Below the pieces are notes generated by a model that worked only from the letters and a program-made list of their open reading frames with translations, was not told the DNA's origin and ran no database searches. From the NCBI RefSeq assembly GCF_035697785.1, contig NZ_DASSCL010000012.1, forward strand, positions 736 to 64,735: a stretch of 64,000 nt of DNA, given 5' to 3'. The first letter of the stretch is position 1; each line of letters starts with the position of its first letter. Position numbers and translations under genes: made by a program. The stretch comes from Nocardioides sp. GTDB lineage: Bacteria > Actinomycetota > Actinomycetes > Propionibacteriales > Nocardioidaceae. This document shows positions 1 through 9,273 of the stretch, one piece after another.

Positions 1-2
1 CG

Positions 3-1061
3 CCGAAGACGGGCACGACGTACCTCCAGGACCGGCTCTACGCGAACCGCAGCGAGCTCGCCCGCCACGACGTGCACTACCCGCTCGGCCTGGCGGCCAG
101 CCACTTCAAGGCGGCCCTCGACCTCGTCGACCTGTCGTGGGGAGGCCAGCGCGAGGACGCCCGCGGGGAGTGGGGCCGGCTCGTGGACCGGGCACGCCGA
201 CACGACGGCACGGTGATCATCAGCCACGAGATCCTGTCCGGCGCGCGGCCGTCGCAGATCCGCAGGGCGATGGCCGGCTTCGGTGACGACGAGGTGCACC
301 TGGTCTACTCCGCCCGCGACATCGCCCGGCAGATCCCCGCGGAGTGGCAGGAGGGCATCAAGCACCGCCGCCGCCGCTCGTTCGCCCGGTTCCTCACCCA
401 GGTGCAGTCGGCCCGGCGCACCAAGCCCAACCTCTGGTTCTGGAAGGCGCAGGGGCTGCCCGACGTGCTCACCCGCTGGGGCGACGGGCTGCCGCCCGAC
501 CGGGTGCACGTGGTCACCGTCCCGCAGGCAGGTGCACCCCGCGACCTGCTCTGGGAGCGCTACTGCCGGGCGTTCGGCATCGACCCGGCCTGGGCGCCCG
601 AGGAGTCCAGCCGCGAGAACGTCTCGATCGGCATCGCCGAGACCGCGCTGCTGCGCAAGCTGAACCGGCGCCTGAAGAAGGCCGGGCTCCCCGGAGAGGA
701 CTACCGCCGCATCGTCCGGCAGCTGATGGTTCACGAGACGCTCGCCCACCGCGAGGGGATGACCCGGGCGACCCTGCCCCCGGTCGCCTACCCCTGGGCC
801 GAGGAGATCGCCGAGGAGTGGGTCGAGTGGATCGAGGGCGCCGGCGTGGACGTGATCGGTGACGTCGAGGACCTCCGTCCCGTGCGGCCACCGGAGGACG
901 TCGCCTGGGTCAACCCGGACCGTCCCCGTCGTAGGGACATGGTCGACTCGGCCCTCGACGCTCTGGTCGCGGTGACGCTCGAGGCCGCCGGGCGGCCCGA
1001 CCCGCACGACCAGATCGGTGCCAGGATCGGGCGGGCGGCGCGGCGGCTGCGCGGCCAGTGA
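3..1061 (+). CDS. Sulfotransferase-like P-loop protein (5' end truncated by window edge)
   Basis: Frame is open from base 3 (PKTGTTYLQ, resembling the 5'-PSB PAPS-binding loop); has SHEIL and RQIPAEWQE motifs; clear paralog of 2268..3485. Confidence 0.75.
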   Translation, partial: PKTGTTYLQDRLYANRSELARHDVHYPLGLAASHFKAALDLVDLSWGGQREDARGEWGRLVDRARRHDGTVIISHEILSGARPSQIRRAMAGFGDDEVHLVYSARDIARQIPAEWQEGIKHRRRRSFARFLTQVQSARRTKPNLWFWKAQGLPDVLTRWGDGLPPDRVHVVTVPQAGAPRDLLWERYCRAFGIDPAWAPEESSRENVSIGIAETALLRKLNRRLKKAGLPGEDYRRIVRQLMVHETLAHREGMTRATLPPVAYPWAEEIAEEWVEWIEGAGVDVIGDVEDLRPVRPPEDVAWVNPDRPRRRDMVDSALDALVAVTLEAAGRPDPHDQIGARIGRAARRLRGQ

Positions 1062-2263
1062 CGTCGGCAGCGACGCCCCACTCCGTCGCGGTCGCGTGGG
1101 TCGAGCACCTGCGGGCCGGCGGCACCACGTCGTGGGCAGACTGGGTCCGCGACACCACCGATGCTGTCCGCCCCGTCGCGGCGTCCGACCGACCCGGCCG
1201 GCTGCCAGGGGCCGGGCAGCTGGAGCTGGTCCGCCGGCTCGGCCTGGAGTACGCCGAGTCGCCGGGGCGCCTTCCCCGTGGCTCGTTCACCGCGCTGGCC
1301 GACCGGGCGCTGGGACGCTCCGGGCCTGGACGCGGCCTCCCCGACCTGCCGCTCGCGCTGCCGGGGGCGGACCTGACGTCATCGGTTGGAGCGCCGCCCA
1401 CCGACCCCGGCAGCCTCCCCGTCGACGAGCTGATCCGGCACGGCGTGGGGCTGCTCGCGGACCTGCTCGTCGATGCCGGTCCAGTGCCGTGGCCGTCCGT
1501 GCGACGCCGACGGGTGCTGGCGCGGCACGCGTTCCACCTGGCCGGCGCCCCGGTCACCACGTCCGGCGTACGAGCGTCGCTGGCGGCCGCCGGCCGGGTC
1601 GAGGGCGGTTGGTCCCCGGAGGTGGTGCTGTTCGCCGAGCCGCTCGACGAGCACCTGGCCCAGGTGTGGAGCACTCGCGTACAGCATGGTGTGCCGGTGC
1701 GGTGGGAGACTTTCGCAGGCCGGTGGGCGAGGCGGGATGCGCTGCCGCCGTCGGCCGACCTGCCCGCCATCGCGTCGTTCTGGGCGGCGAAGGTCGGCGC
1801 CGCCCGGGTGCACGTGGTGGTGTCCGACGGGGTCGAGGCGGCGCTGCCGTGGGCCGCCCGGGTGGTCGGCACCAGGCGTCCGCCCCGGCCAGCTCTGGGC
1901 GTCGACCCGATCCCCCTCTCGCCGGCGGCGACCGACCTGCTCAGGCAGCTCAACCGGGTGCTGAACGTGCGGGTCGTCGAGGCGGCCCGCGCCGGGCTGG
2001 TGCGCCGCGCGATCGACCTGCTGCCCGGCGGCGACGGGACCGCGCTGGCGCTGCCGCCGCGGCACCGCGACTGGACGGAGCGACGGGCCGAGCGGGTGGC
2101 CCGCGAGCTCGGCGCCGGCGGATACCCTGTGCACGGCGATCTGGCCCGGATCGCACCCCGCCACGCCGGCGCGGCTGCCCCGCGCCGCCCGGACGTGCTG
2201 ACCCTGGTGCTCGCCACCTGTCTGCGGACGGCGGAGCTCGAGACGACGGGGGCAGGAGGATGA
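1058..2263 (+). CDS. Hypothetical protein, C-terminal half distantly like the neighbouring sulfotransferase-like proteins
   Basis: GTGA overlap with the upstream stop; shares RVHVV, LLRQLNRVL and GYPVHGDL segments with its neighbours but lacks the PKTGT loop. Confidence 0.65.
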   Translation: MTSAATPHSVAVAWVEHLRAGGTTSWADWVRDTTDAVRPVAASDRPGRLPGAGQLELVRRLGLEYAESPGRLPRGSFTALADRALGRSGPGRGLPDLPLALPGADLTSSVGAPPTDPGSLPVDELIRHGVGLLADLLVDAGPVPWPSVRRRRVLARHAFHLAGAPVTTSGVRASLAAAGRVEGGWSPEVVLFAEPLDEHLAQVWSTRVQHGVPVRWETFAGRWARRDALPPSADLPAIASFWAAKVGAARVHVVVSDGVEAALPWAARVVGTRRPPRPALGVDPIPLSPAATDLLRQLNRVLNVRVVEAARAGLVRRAIDLLPGGDGTALALPPRHRDWTERRAERVARELGAGGYPVHGDLARIAPRHAGAAAPRRPDVLTLVLATCLRTAELETTGAGG

Positions 2264-2267
2264 GCCG

Positions 2268-3485
2268 GTGACGCGCCGCAAGGTCATCGTGCACGTCGGT
2301 GCCCCGAAGACCGGTACGTCGTACGTCCAGGACCTGCTGTTCCGCAACCGTGAGGCGCTCGCCGAGGCCGGCACGCTCTACCCCGCCGACCGGTTCGACG
2401 CGCACTTCCTCGCCGCGCTCGACCTGATGGAGCTGCAGTGGGGCGGCCTGGAGAAGCAGGCCGTGGGTGCCTGGGACCGGCTCGCGGAGCAGGTGAGCCG
2501 ATGGGAGGGCACGGCGATCATCTCCCACGAGATCCTCGCGACCGCGACCCCGGCGCAGGTCCTCAGGGCGTTGGACTCGTTCGGCCCGGACGCCGAGGTG
2601 CACGTGCTGCTCTCGGCGCGCGACCTGGTCCGACAGATCCCCGCCGAGTGGCAGGAGAACGTCAAGCACCGCAGGACGGTGGGCTACCGGGAGTACCTAG
2701 ACAAGATCACCGACCCGGCCCGTCGCGGTGCTCTGGCGTCGTGGTTCTGGGGCGTCCAGGAGGTCCCGGACATCCTCGACCGGTGGGGCGTGATGCTGCC
2801 CCCGGAGCAGGTGCACGTCGTCACGGTGCCGCCGCCGGACGCCCCGCGCGGGCTGCTGTGGCAGCGGTTCGCGTCGGTGTTCGGGCTCGACCCCGCGGCG
2901 TTCACCATCTCGACCGACCGGCACAACCCGTCCCTCGGCGTACCCGAGACGGCGCTGATCCGGCGGATCAACGAGCGGGTGAACAACGGCGTGCTGGCCA
3001 ACGAGGACTACCGCCAGTTCGTCCGCGAGCTGCTCGCGCACCGCAACCTCAGCAACCGGGCCGAGTCGCCGCGGCTGATGCTCCCGCCCGACGTGCGCAG
3101 CTGGGCGGAGAAGCTGTCCGAGATGTGGATCGACGTGCTGGTGGCGCGCGGGTACGACGTGGTCGGCACCCTCGACGACCTGCGTCCGGTCCCGGCCGCG
3201 GAGGACCCGGTCTTCGCCGACCCGGACGCGCCGGACGAGGAGCTGGTCGCCGAGGCGTCGCTGGACGCGGTCGTCACGCTGCTGCGCGAGGCCGCCCGGC
3301 TGCAGGCCGTGGAGCACGGGCTGCGCGAGGACCTGGACGCGCTCGGACGCGAGCTCGACCGGGCGCGCGGGCTGTGGTTCCGCGTGAAGCGGCGGCTGGT
3401 CCGCGCCGCCGACACCCACCCCCTGGCCGCGCGGGGGCTCGCGTTCTACCGGCGGCTGCGCGGGCGGCGGCTGCCGCCGGGGTAG
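2268..3485 (+). CDS. Sulfotransferase-like P-loop protein
   Basis: HVGAPKTGTSYVQ motif, SHEIL, RQIPAEWQE, C-terminal coiled coil. Confidence 0.75.
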   Translation: MTRRKVIVHVGAPKTGTSYVQDLLFRNREALAEAGTLYPADRFDAHFLAALDLMELQWGGLEKQAVGAWDRLAEQVSRWEGTAIISHEILATATPAQVLRALDSFGPDAEVHVLLSARDLVRQIPAEWQENVKHRRTVGYREYLDKITDPARRGALASWFWGVQEVPDILDRWGVMLPPEQVHVVTVPPPDAPRGLLWQRFASVFGLDPAAFTISTDRHNPSLGVPETALIRRINERVNNGVLANEDYRQFVRELLAHRNLSNRAESPRLMLPPDVRSWAEKLSEMWIDVLVARGYDVVGTLDDLRPVPAAEDPVFADPDAPDEELVAEASLDAVVTLLREAARLQAVEHGLREDLDALGRELDRARGLWFRVKRRLVRAADTHPLAARGLAFYRRLRGRRLPPG

Positions 3486-3565
3486 GGGCCAATTCACTGG
3501 GGACCCAGTGAATCGCCCGCTTACCGGGGCGAACTCCCCACGGGAACGTGCAGATCGCCACGGGA
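3485..3565. repeat. 81-bp palindromic REP-like element, family 1, copy A
   Basis: Hairpin ATTCACTGG-GGAC-CCAGTGAAT; about 67/81 ungapped identity (counted by hand) to the reverse complement of 44821..44901. Confidence 0.8.
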
Positions 3566-3600
3566 AGGGTCGCGCCCGAGGAGGTCGTACGGCGGGGTGG

Positions 3601-4281
3601 CTACACGCGCTTGCGGGACAGCAGCTCGCGGTCGGCGTACCGGCCGATCTGCCAGGTGGCGTAACCGTCGGTGCCGGCGCCGATGAACCCGCCCATGATC
3701 GGCACCCGGCGGGCGATCACGTTGGCGGTCCGCTTGCCGGCGACCCGGGTCAGGAGCTCGGAGGTCACCTCGGCCGCCATCAGCCGGTCGAGGTTCGGGT
3801 CGTACGCCGGCGCGGTGGCGATCGCCATCGGGGGCGCCGGGATCAGCTTCTTCTTGATCAACCGCTGCACGTCGTCCTCACCCAGGACGCAGCCCAGGAT
3901 GGCGTTGCGCATCCGCGGGTCCTGGATGTCGTAGCCGCGCAGGTGCGCGATGGCGGCGACCATGCGGCACTGGATCATCGCCAGGCCGGCGATGTTGGCC
4001 GGGACGGTGACCGCGGCCAGGGTGAGCCCACCGATGTTGGTGGCGAAGCCCTGAGCACCGGCGAGCCGCACGTGCAGCTCGATGATCTCCGAGATCGCCT
4101 TCTTGACGTCGCCGCCGCTGTCGGCGAGCTTGCGGTCGGCCACGGTGGCGGCGGGCGGGAGCGGACCGATGCCGTGCACGGCCCGGTGCAGCGCCTCGTG
4201 GATGAAGCTGGTGGTCAGGTCCGGCGCAAGCCTGTGTGCCTGCGGTCCGAGCCAGCGACCGAGCTCCTTGCCCATCCCCAT
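3601..4281 (-). CDS. EcsC family protein
   Basis: GFATNIGGL...PANIAGLAMIQCRMVAAIAHLRGYD and RRVPIMGGFIGAGTD patterns; AGGAGG RBS. Confidence 0.8.
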   Translation of the reverse strand: MGMGKELGRWLGPQAHRLAPDLTTSFIHEALHRAVHGIGPLPPAATVADRKLADSGGDVKKAISEIIELHVRLAGAQGFATNIGGLTLAAVTVPANIAGLAMIQCRMVAAIAHLRGYDIQDPRMRNAILGCVLGEDDVQRLIKKKLIPAPPMAIATAPAYDPNLDRLMAAEVTSELLTRVAGKRTANVIARRVPIMGGFIGAGTDGYATWQIGRYADRELLSRKRV

Positions 4282-4380
4282 GTGGTTCCTCCTGCATGTT
4301 CCTTGCCGGTAACCCTAGAGCCAACCCACAAACGCGGGCTCCGCGCACCGGTCCAGAGGAGGCCCTGCGACGAGGGCAGA

Positions 4381-5115
4381 ATGAGATCCGTGCCCTTCGA
4401 GAAGGCTCGTCCCTCGCCGCCTCAGGGACCACCGATCGAGCCACCGCTGTCGCCGTGGATGTTCCCCGACCTGCGCGCGCACACACCCGGGACACGGGAC
4501 GAGCCCGACGACCTCGTCGCGATGGGGGCCGACCTCGAGCCAGGCACGTTGCTCGCCGCGTACCGCTCAGGCCTGTTCCCGATGCCGGAATCCTCGACCG
4601 AGCAGATGCTCTGGTGGTCACCGGTGACTCGGGGGGTTCTCCCGCTCGGCAACCTCAAGGTCTCGCGCTCGCTGCGCCAGTCCGTCTCGCGGATGGAGAT
4701 CCGCGTCGACACCGCCTTCGACGAGGTCATCGACGCCTGCGCCGACCCGGGTCGGGAAAGCGGCTGGATCGACTGCAACATCGCCGAGGCCTACACCCGT
4801 CTGCACCAGCTCGGGTGGGCACACTCGGTCGAGACCTGGCAGGACGACGAGCTCGTCGGCGGCCTGTACGGCGTGGCGGTCGGCGGCCTCTTCGCCGGGG
4901 AGTCGATGTTCCACCGCGTCCGGGACGCCTCCAAGGTCGCGCTCGTCGGCCTGGTCGACCTGCTGTTCGACGAGCACGCCGACCTGAGGCTGGTCGACGT
5001 GCAGTGGCAGACCCCGCACCTGGCGTCGCTCGGTGTCGTCGAGGTGCCGCGTCCGACGTACCTGGCCCGGCTGGAGAAGGCGCTCGACCTGCCGCTTCCC
5101 CGCGCGTTCACCTGA
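4381..5115 (+). CDS. aat: Leucyl/phenylalanyl-tRNA--protein transferase
   Basis: GADLEPGTLLAAYRSGLFPM, WWSP, GWAHSVE, GGLYGV, FAGESMFH, DASKVAL; start approximate. Confidence 0.93.
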   Translation: MRSVPFEKARPSPPQGPPIEPPLSPWMFPDLRAHTPGTRDEPDDLVAMGADLEPGTLLAAYRSGLFPMPESSTEQMLWWSPVTRGVLPLGNLKVSRSLRQSVSRMEIRVDTAFDEVIDACADPGRESGWIDCNIAEAYTRLHQLGWAHSVETWQDDELVGGLYGVAVGGLFAGESMFHRVRDASKVALVGLVDLLFDEHADLRLVDVQWQTPHLASLGVVEVPRPTYLARLEKALDLPLPRAFT

Positions 5116-5126
5116 TCGGCACACCT

Positions 5127-5207
5127 CCCCGTGGCGATCTCCCGCCTACCGTGGTGAGTTCTCCGCGGGAACGGGTGGATTACCACGGGACCGTGGTAAT
5201 TGGCCCC
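5127..5207. repeat. 81-bp palindromic REP-like element, family 1, copy B (inverted)
   Basis: Hairpin ATTACCACGG...CCGTGGTAAT; reverse complement aligns without gaps to copy A (about 56/81) with compensatory stem changes. Confidence 0.7.
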
Positions 5208-5220
5208 CCGCAGCGCCCCG

Positions 5221-5559
5221 CTACACCACCTGCGGCGGCTGCCCGGTCTCGCTCACCATCGGCCGGCCGGCGGCCTCCCAGTCGAGCATCCCGCCATCGA
5301 GGTTGACAGCGTCGTGCCCAGACTGGGCAAGATACGCGACGGCCCGTGCCGAACGGGCACCGACCTTGCACACCACCAGCACCTGCCCGTCGGGTACGTC
5401 GGACGTGCGCTCCGGCAGCGATGAAAGCGGGATGTGCACGGCGCCCTCGATGTGGCCGTGCACCCACTCGACCTGTTCGCGGACGTCGACGACGGAGAGC
5501 CCCTCGGGCAGCGGGTCGGGGACCCCGGACATGGAGACGGTCGGCACGTGCATGGACAC
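5221..5559 (-). CDS. Rhodanese-like domain protein
   Basis: VDVREQVEWVHGHIEGAVHIP, CKVGARS active loop, NLDGGMLDW. Confidence 0.9.
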   Translation of the reverse strand: MSMHVPTVSMSGVPDPLPEGLSVVDVREQVEWVHGHIEGAVHIPLSSLPERTSDVPDGQVLVVCKVGARSARAVAYLAQSGHDAVNLDGGMLDWEAAGRPMVSETGQPPQVV

Positions 5560-5563
5560 GAAA

Positions 5564-6430
5564 CTACTTGAGGAGCTTGGACATCCGGCGGTCGGCCAAC
5601 GGCTTGCCGCCGGTCTGGCAGGTGGGGCAGTACTGCAGCGACGAGTCGGCGAACGACACCTCGCGCACCACGTCGCCGCACACCGGGCACGGCATCCCGG
5701 TGCGTCCGTGCACGGCGAGGTGGCTCTTCTTCTCGCCCTTGAGGTCGGCGGCGGCCAGGCCCCGCGACCGCGTCACCGCGTCGCCGAGCACGTTGCGGAT
5801 CGCGTCGTACAACGTCTGCAGCCGCTCCCCCTCGATCCCCGACGCGGGCGCGAACGGTGACAGCTTCGCGGCGTGCAGCAGCTCGTCGGAGTAGGCGTTG
5901 CCGATGCCGGCGATGGTGCCCTGTTCGCGCAGCACCCCCTTGATCTGCGCGCGACCGGCCCTGACCAGGATCTCCCGCAGCGCGTCGATCGTGAACGCGT
6001 CGTCGAGCGGGTCCGGTCCGAGCCGCGCGATGCCGGGCACCTCCTGCGGGTCACGGACGACGTAGATCGCCAGGCCCTTCTTGGTGCCCGCCTCGGTGAT
6101 GTCGAGACCCGAGTCGTCGTCGAGCACCACGCGGGCGGCCAGCGGCGACTTGTTGCTCGGCCGGGGCGGCAGCGCCGGCACCTCGTCGCGCCAACGGATC
6201 CAGCCGGCGCGCGCCAGGTGCACGACCAGGTGCAGGCCGGAGGCGCTGACGTCGAGGAACTTCCCGTGTCGGGTGACCCCGTCGACCATCAGGCCGCTCA
6301 ACGCCGACAGTGGCGGGTCGAAGGTCTTCAGCGCGCTGAACGCGGCGATGTCGACGCGGACGATCGCCCGGTCGGTCAGCCGGCCGGTCAGATCGAGCGC
6401 GAGTCCTTCGACCTCTGGCAGCTCGGGCAC
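5564..6430 (-). CDS. Fpg/Nei family DNA glycosylase (Fpg2-like)
   Basis: N-terminal MPELPEVE, GIGNAYSDE H2TH motif, C-terminal CPVC...CPTCQ zinc finger. Confidence 0.93.
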   Translation of the reverse strand: MPELPEVEGLALDLTGRLTDRAIVRVDIAAFSALKTFDPPLSALSGLMVDGVTRHGKFLDVSASGLHLVVHLARAGWIRWRDEVPALPPRPSNKSPLAARVVLDDDSGLDITEAGTKKGLAIYVVRDPQEVPGIARLGPDPLDDAFTIDALREILVRAGRAQIKGVLREQGTIAGIGNAYSDELLHAAKLSPFAPASGIEGERLQTLYDAIRNVLGDAVTRSRGLAAADLKGEKKSHLAVHGRTGMPCPVCGDVVREVSFADSSLQYCPTCQTGGKPLADRRMSKLLK

Positions 6431-6450
6431 GTCGTCAGTCTACGAAGTGC

Positions 6451-6750
6451 TCAGCCGGTCAGGGTGCCGTCGCGGTCGAGCTCGGGGTCGTCGGTGAAGA
6501 CCGACTCGAGCAGGCCGCGGTGCGTGTCGTACGTCGACTGCAGCCCCTCGCGGAGCACCCGGACCAGCTCGGGCACCTCCCCGACCGGCAGCCGGAACGT
6601 GCCGGCGCAGGTGCCGCCGCGCCACAACGACAGCACGACGATGTCCGCGTCGGGATGCCACGAGACCCGGAGCCCGCGCCCGTCACCACGCGCGTCGAGG
6701 AACACCTCGCCGGCGGACGGTAGGGGAGACGGACGCCACATGGCCGACAT
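6451..6750 (-). CDS. Conserved actinobacterial hypothetical protein
   Basis: GEVFLDARGDGRGLRVSWH...VVLSLWRGGTCAGTFRL; fills the gap, GC3-rich; start uncertain. Confidence 0.65.
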   Translation of the reverse strand: MSAMWRPSPLPSAGEVFLDARGDGRGLRVSWHPDADIVVLSLWRGGTCAGTFRLPVGEVPELVRVLREGLQSTYDTHRGLLESVFTDDPELDRDGTLTG

Positions 6751-6861
6751 TCTGGTCACGCCGGGGCCCGCCTGTCACCGTCTGGAAGGACAAAGAATCA
6801 CTCGATACGACTCGCTAGCGAAATCTACGGAATCTCCTAGACGGCCGGATAGATTCCTCGC

Positions 6862-8055
6862 GTGGACCCAGTGCGTAACCCCTACGCCCCCGGGGCCGGG
6901 CAACGGCCTCCCGAGCTGGCCGGCCGCGACCGCGAGCTGAAGCAGTTCGAGGTGACCCTCGAGCGGGTCGCCGCCGGGCGCCCGGAGCGCTCGATGGTGC
7001 TCTCCGGACTCCGCGGCGTCGGCAAGACCGTGCTGCTCAACGCGCTGCGCGGCCAGGCAGTCAAACGCGCCTGGGGCACCGGCAAGCTCGAGTCCCGACC
7101 GGAGCAGTCCTTGCGGCTCCCGCTCGCCCAGGCCGTGCATGCCGCCGTCCGCGACATGGCACACCGGCATCGCGACCCCGACCGCGTGGACGCCGTTGCC
7201 GGCGCGCTCAAGTCGTTCGCGCTGCGCACCCCGTTGGAGGACCGCAAGGGCATCCGGTGGTCGCCCCCGGTCGACGTGCCCGCCGTCAAGGGCCGCGCCG
7301 ACTCCGGCGACCTCGAGCTCGACCTGATCGAGCTGTTCACCGACGTGGCCGACCTGGCCCGCGACCTCGGGGTCGGCGTCGCGATCTTCGTCGACGAGAT
7401 GCAGGACATCTCCACCGCCGAGCTGGCGGCGCTCTGCGGCGCCTGCCACGAGATCAGCCAGCAGGGCGCACCGCTGGTCGTGGTGGGCGCCGGGCTTCCG
7501 CACCTGCCCGTCGCGCTGGCCGCGAGCAAGTCGTACGCCGAGCGGCTCTTCCGGTACGTCGTGGTCGACCGACTGCCCCGCGAGATGGCCGACCGGGCCC
7601 TGCTGGTGCCGGCCGGCAGCGAGGAGGTCGACTACGACCCCGGGGCGCTCGACGAGCTCTACCGGCTCACCGACGGCTATCCCTACTTCGTCCAGGCCTA
7701 CGGCAAGGTCACGTGGGACGCAGCAGTCGAGTCGCCGATCCAGGTGACCGACGTGCACGAGGCGGCGCCCGAGGCCGAGCGGGAGCTCGCGGTCGGGTTC
7801 TTCGGGGCCCGCTACGACCGGGCCACCCCGGCCGAGCGCGACTACATGCGCACGATGGCCGAGCTCGGCGCCGACAACGACGACGGGTCGGTCACCACCG
7901 CCGACATCGCATCGTCGCTCGGCCGCAAGCCGCAGAGCCTGTCCCCGGCCCGAGATGGGCTGATCAAGAAGGGGCTCGTCTACTCCTCCGAGCGGGGCAC
8001 CGTGGCGTTCACGGTGCCGCACTTCGGGAAGTTCCTGCGCGCCCAGCACGTCTGA
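6862..8055 (+). CDS. AAA-type ATP-binding protein with C-terminal winged-helix-like region
   Basis: NPYAPGAGQRPPELAGR, Walker A GLRGVGKT, Walker B IFVDEMQ, GYPYFVQ. Confidence 0.88.
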   Translation: MDPVRNPYAPGAGQRPPELAGRDRELKQFEVTLERVAAGRPERSMVLSGLRGVGKTVLLNALRGQAVKRAWGTGKLESRPEQSLRLPLAQAVHAAVRDMAHRHRDPDRVDAVAGALKSFALRTPLEDRKGIRWSPPVDVPAVKGRADSGDLELDLIELFTDVADLARDLGVGVAIFVDEMQDISTAELAALCGACHEISQQGAPLVVVGAGLPHLPVALAASKSYAERLFRYVVVDRLPREMADRALLVPAGSEEVDYDPGALDELYRLTDGYPYFVQAYGKVTWDAAVESPIQVTDVHEAAPEAERELAVGFFGARYDRATPAERDYMRTMAELGADNDDGSVTTADIASSLGRKPQSLSPARDGLIKKGLVYSSERGTVAFTVPHFGKFLRAQHV

Positions 8056-8521
8056 TCACGCGGAGTCCGCCTGCGGCCGCCCTGGCCGGCCGATGGTGCG
8101 CCGCGGCGTACTCCTCACGACGGCGCAGCATGACCGCCCACATCACCGGCAGCATCAGGAGGTGCCCGAGCAGCATCACGGTGCCGCGACCGACCAGGCC
8201 GGCCCAGAGAGGGACGAACATCACCAGGAACGGCGCGAACATCGCCGCACACATCTCCAGCGTCGGCGCCCAGCCGTGCCCGCGGAACCGCATCCAGGCC
8301 GCCATCCCGATCGACATCTGGGTGGCCATCGCCAGCGCCATCGGCACGGTGCGGTCGAACGTCGCCGCCCATCCGAAGGCATGGGTGGCCAGCATCCAGA
8401 GCGGCTCCAGCACCAGCATGCCGATGCCCATTGCGGCCACCATCTCCACGAAATGCCGCACGAACTTGCGGTTCACCACCCGCGTCTTGACCGGCACTCG
8501 GGCCTCGGTCATCCGGACCAC
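8009..8521 (-). CDS. Met-rich small membrane protein
   Basis: Four hydrophobic segments with HFVEMVAAM and EMCAAM repeats; GGAGG RBS; divergent from TetR. Confidence 0.7.
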   Translation of the reverse strand: MVRMTEARVPVKTRVVNRKFVRHFVEMVAAMGIGMLVLEPLWMLATHAFGWAATFDRTVPMALAMATQMSIGMAAWMRFRGHGWAPTLEMCAAMFAPFLVMFVPLWAGLVGRGTVMLLGHLLMLPVMWAVMLRRREEYAAAHHRPARAAAGGLRVIRRAGRAGTSRSAAP

Positions 8522-8532
8522 ACTCCTCCGAC

Positions 8533-8594
8533 AACTCGTACAACAGTGTTCGGGTTACCAGGTGTAGCATAAGTCGAACAGGGATGTACACCTT
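8533..8594. promoter_or_regulatory. Two 24-bp imperfect palindromes, probable TetR operators
   Basis: AACTCGTACA-acag-TGTTCGGGTT (8533-8556) and AAGTCGAACA-ggga-TGTACACCTT (8571-8594) lie in the divergent intergenic region. Confidence 0.65.
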
Positions 8595-8603
8595 CGTGGA
8601 GGC

Positions 8604-9212
8604 GTGATGGCGCAGCAGCACACCGAGGGCCCGCCGGTACGCCGTGCGGACGCCCGCCAGAACGTCGACAGGATCCTCGAGGCGGCCATCACCTGCCTCG
8701 GCCGCGACGCGCACGCCACGATGGGGGAGATCGCCGCGACCGCCGGGCTCGGCCGGGTCACCGTCTACGGACACTTCTCGTCCCGAGAGGCGCTCGTCGA
8801 GGCGGCGCTGACCCGACTGCTCGACCAGGGCGACGCGGCGCTCGCCGACCTCGACCTGACCGGCGACCCGCGGGCCGCGTTGCGCACCCTGATCGAGGCC
8901 AGCTGGCTGCTCACCGCCCGCGCCGGGGCGGTGCTCGAGTCGGCCCTGGAGACGCTCCCACCCGGGCGCGTCCAGGAGCTGCACGCCAAGCCCGCGCGCC
9001 GGGCCGAGGCACTGATCCGGCGTGGCCGCCGCGACGGGGTGCTGCGCAGCGACCTCCCCGTGGACTGGATGGTCGGCGTACTGCACCACGTCATGAAGGG
9101 CGCCGCGGCCGACGTCACCCAGGGGCGGCTGGCCGCCAACGACGCGCCCCGGCTGATCGCCGAGACCCTGCTGCCGGCCTTCGCACCGCCCGGCGGCCCG
9201 GCCGACCGATGA
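8604..9212 (+). CDS. TetR/AcrR family transcriptional regulator
   Basis: RRADARQNVDRILEAA...TMGEIAATAGLGRVTVYGHFSSREAL HTH. Confidence 0.92.
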   Translation: MMAQQHTEGPPVRRADARQNVDRILEAAITCLGRDAHATMGEIAATAGLGRVTVYGHFSSREALVEAALTRLLDQGDAALADLDLTGDPRAALRTLIEASWLLTARAGAVLESALETLPPGRVQELHAKPARRAEALIRRGRRDGVLRSDLPVDWMVGVLHHVMKGAAADVTQGRLAANDAPRLIAETLLPAFAPPGGPADR

Positions 9213-9273
9213 TTGTCGGACCTGCCGACGGTCCGACTGCCAGGCACCGATCCCAACCGGAAGGACACTTCAC

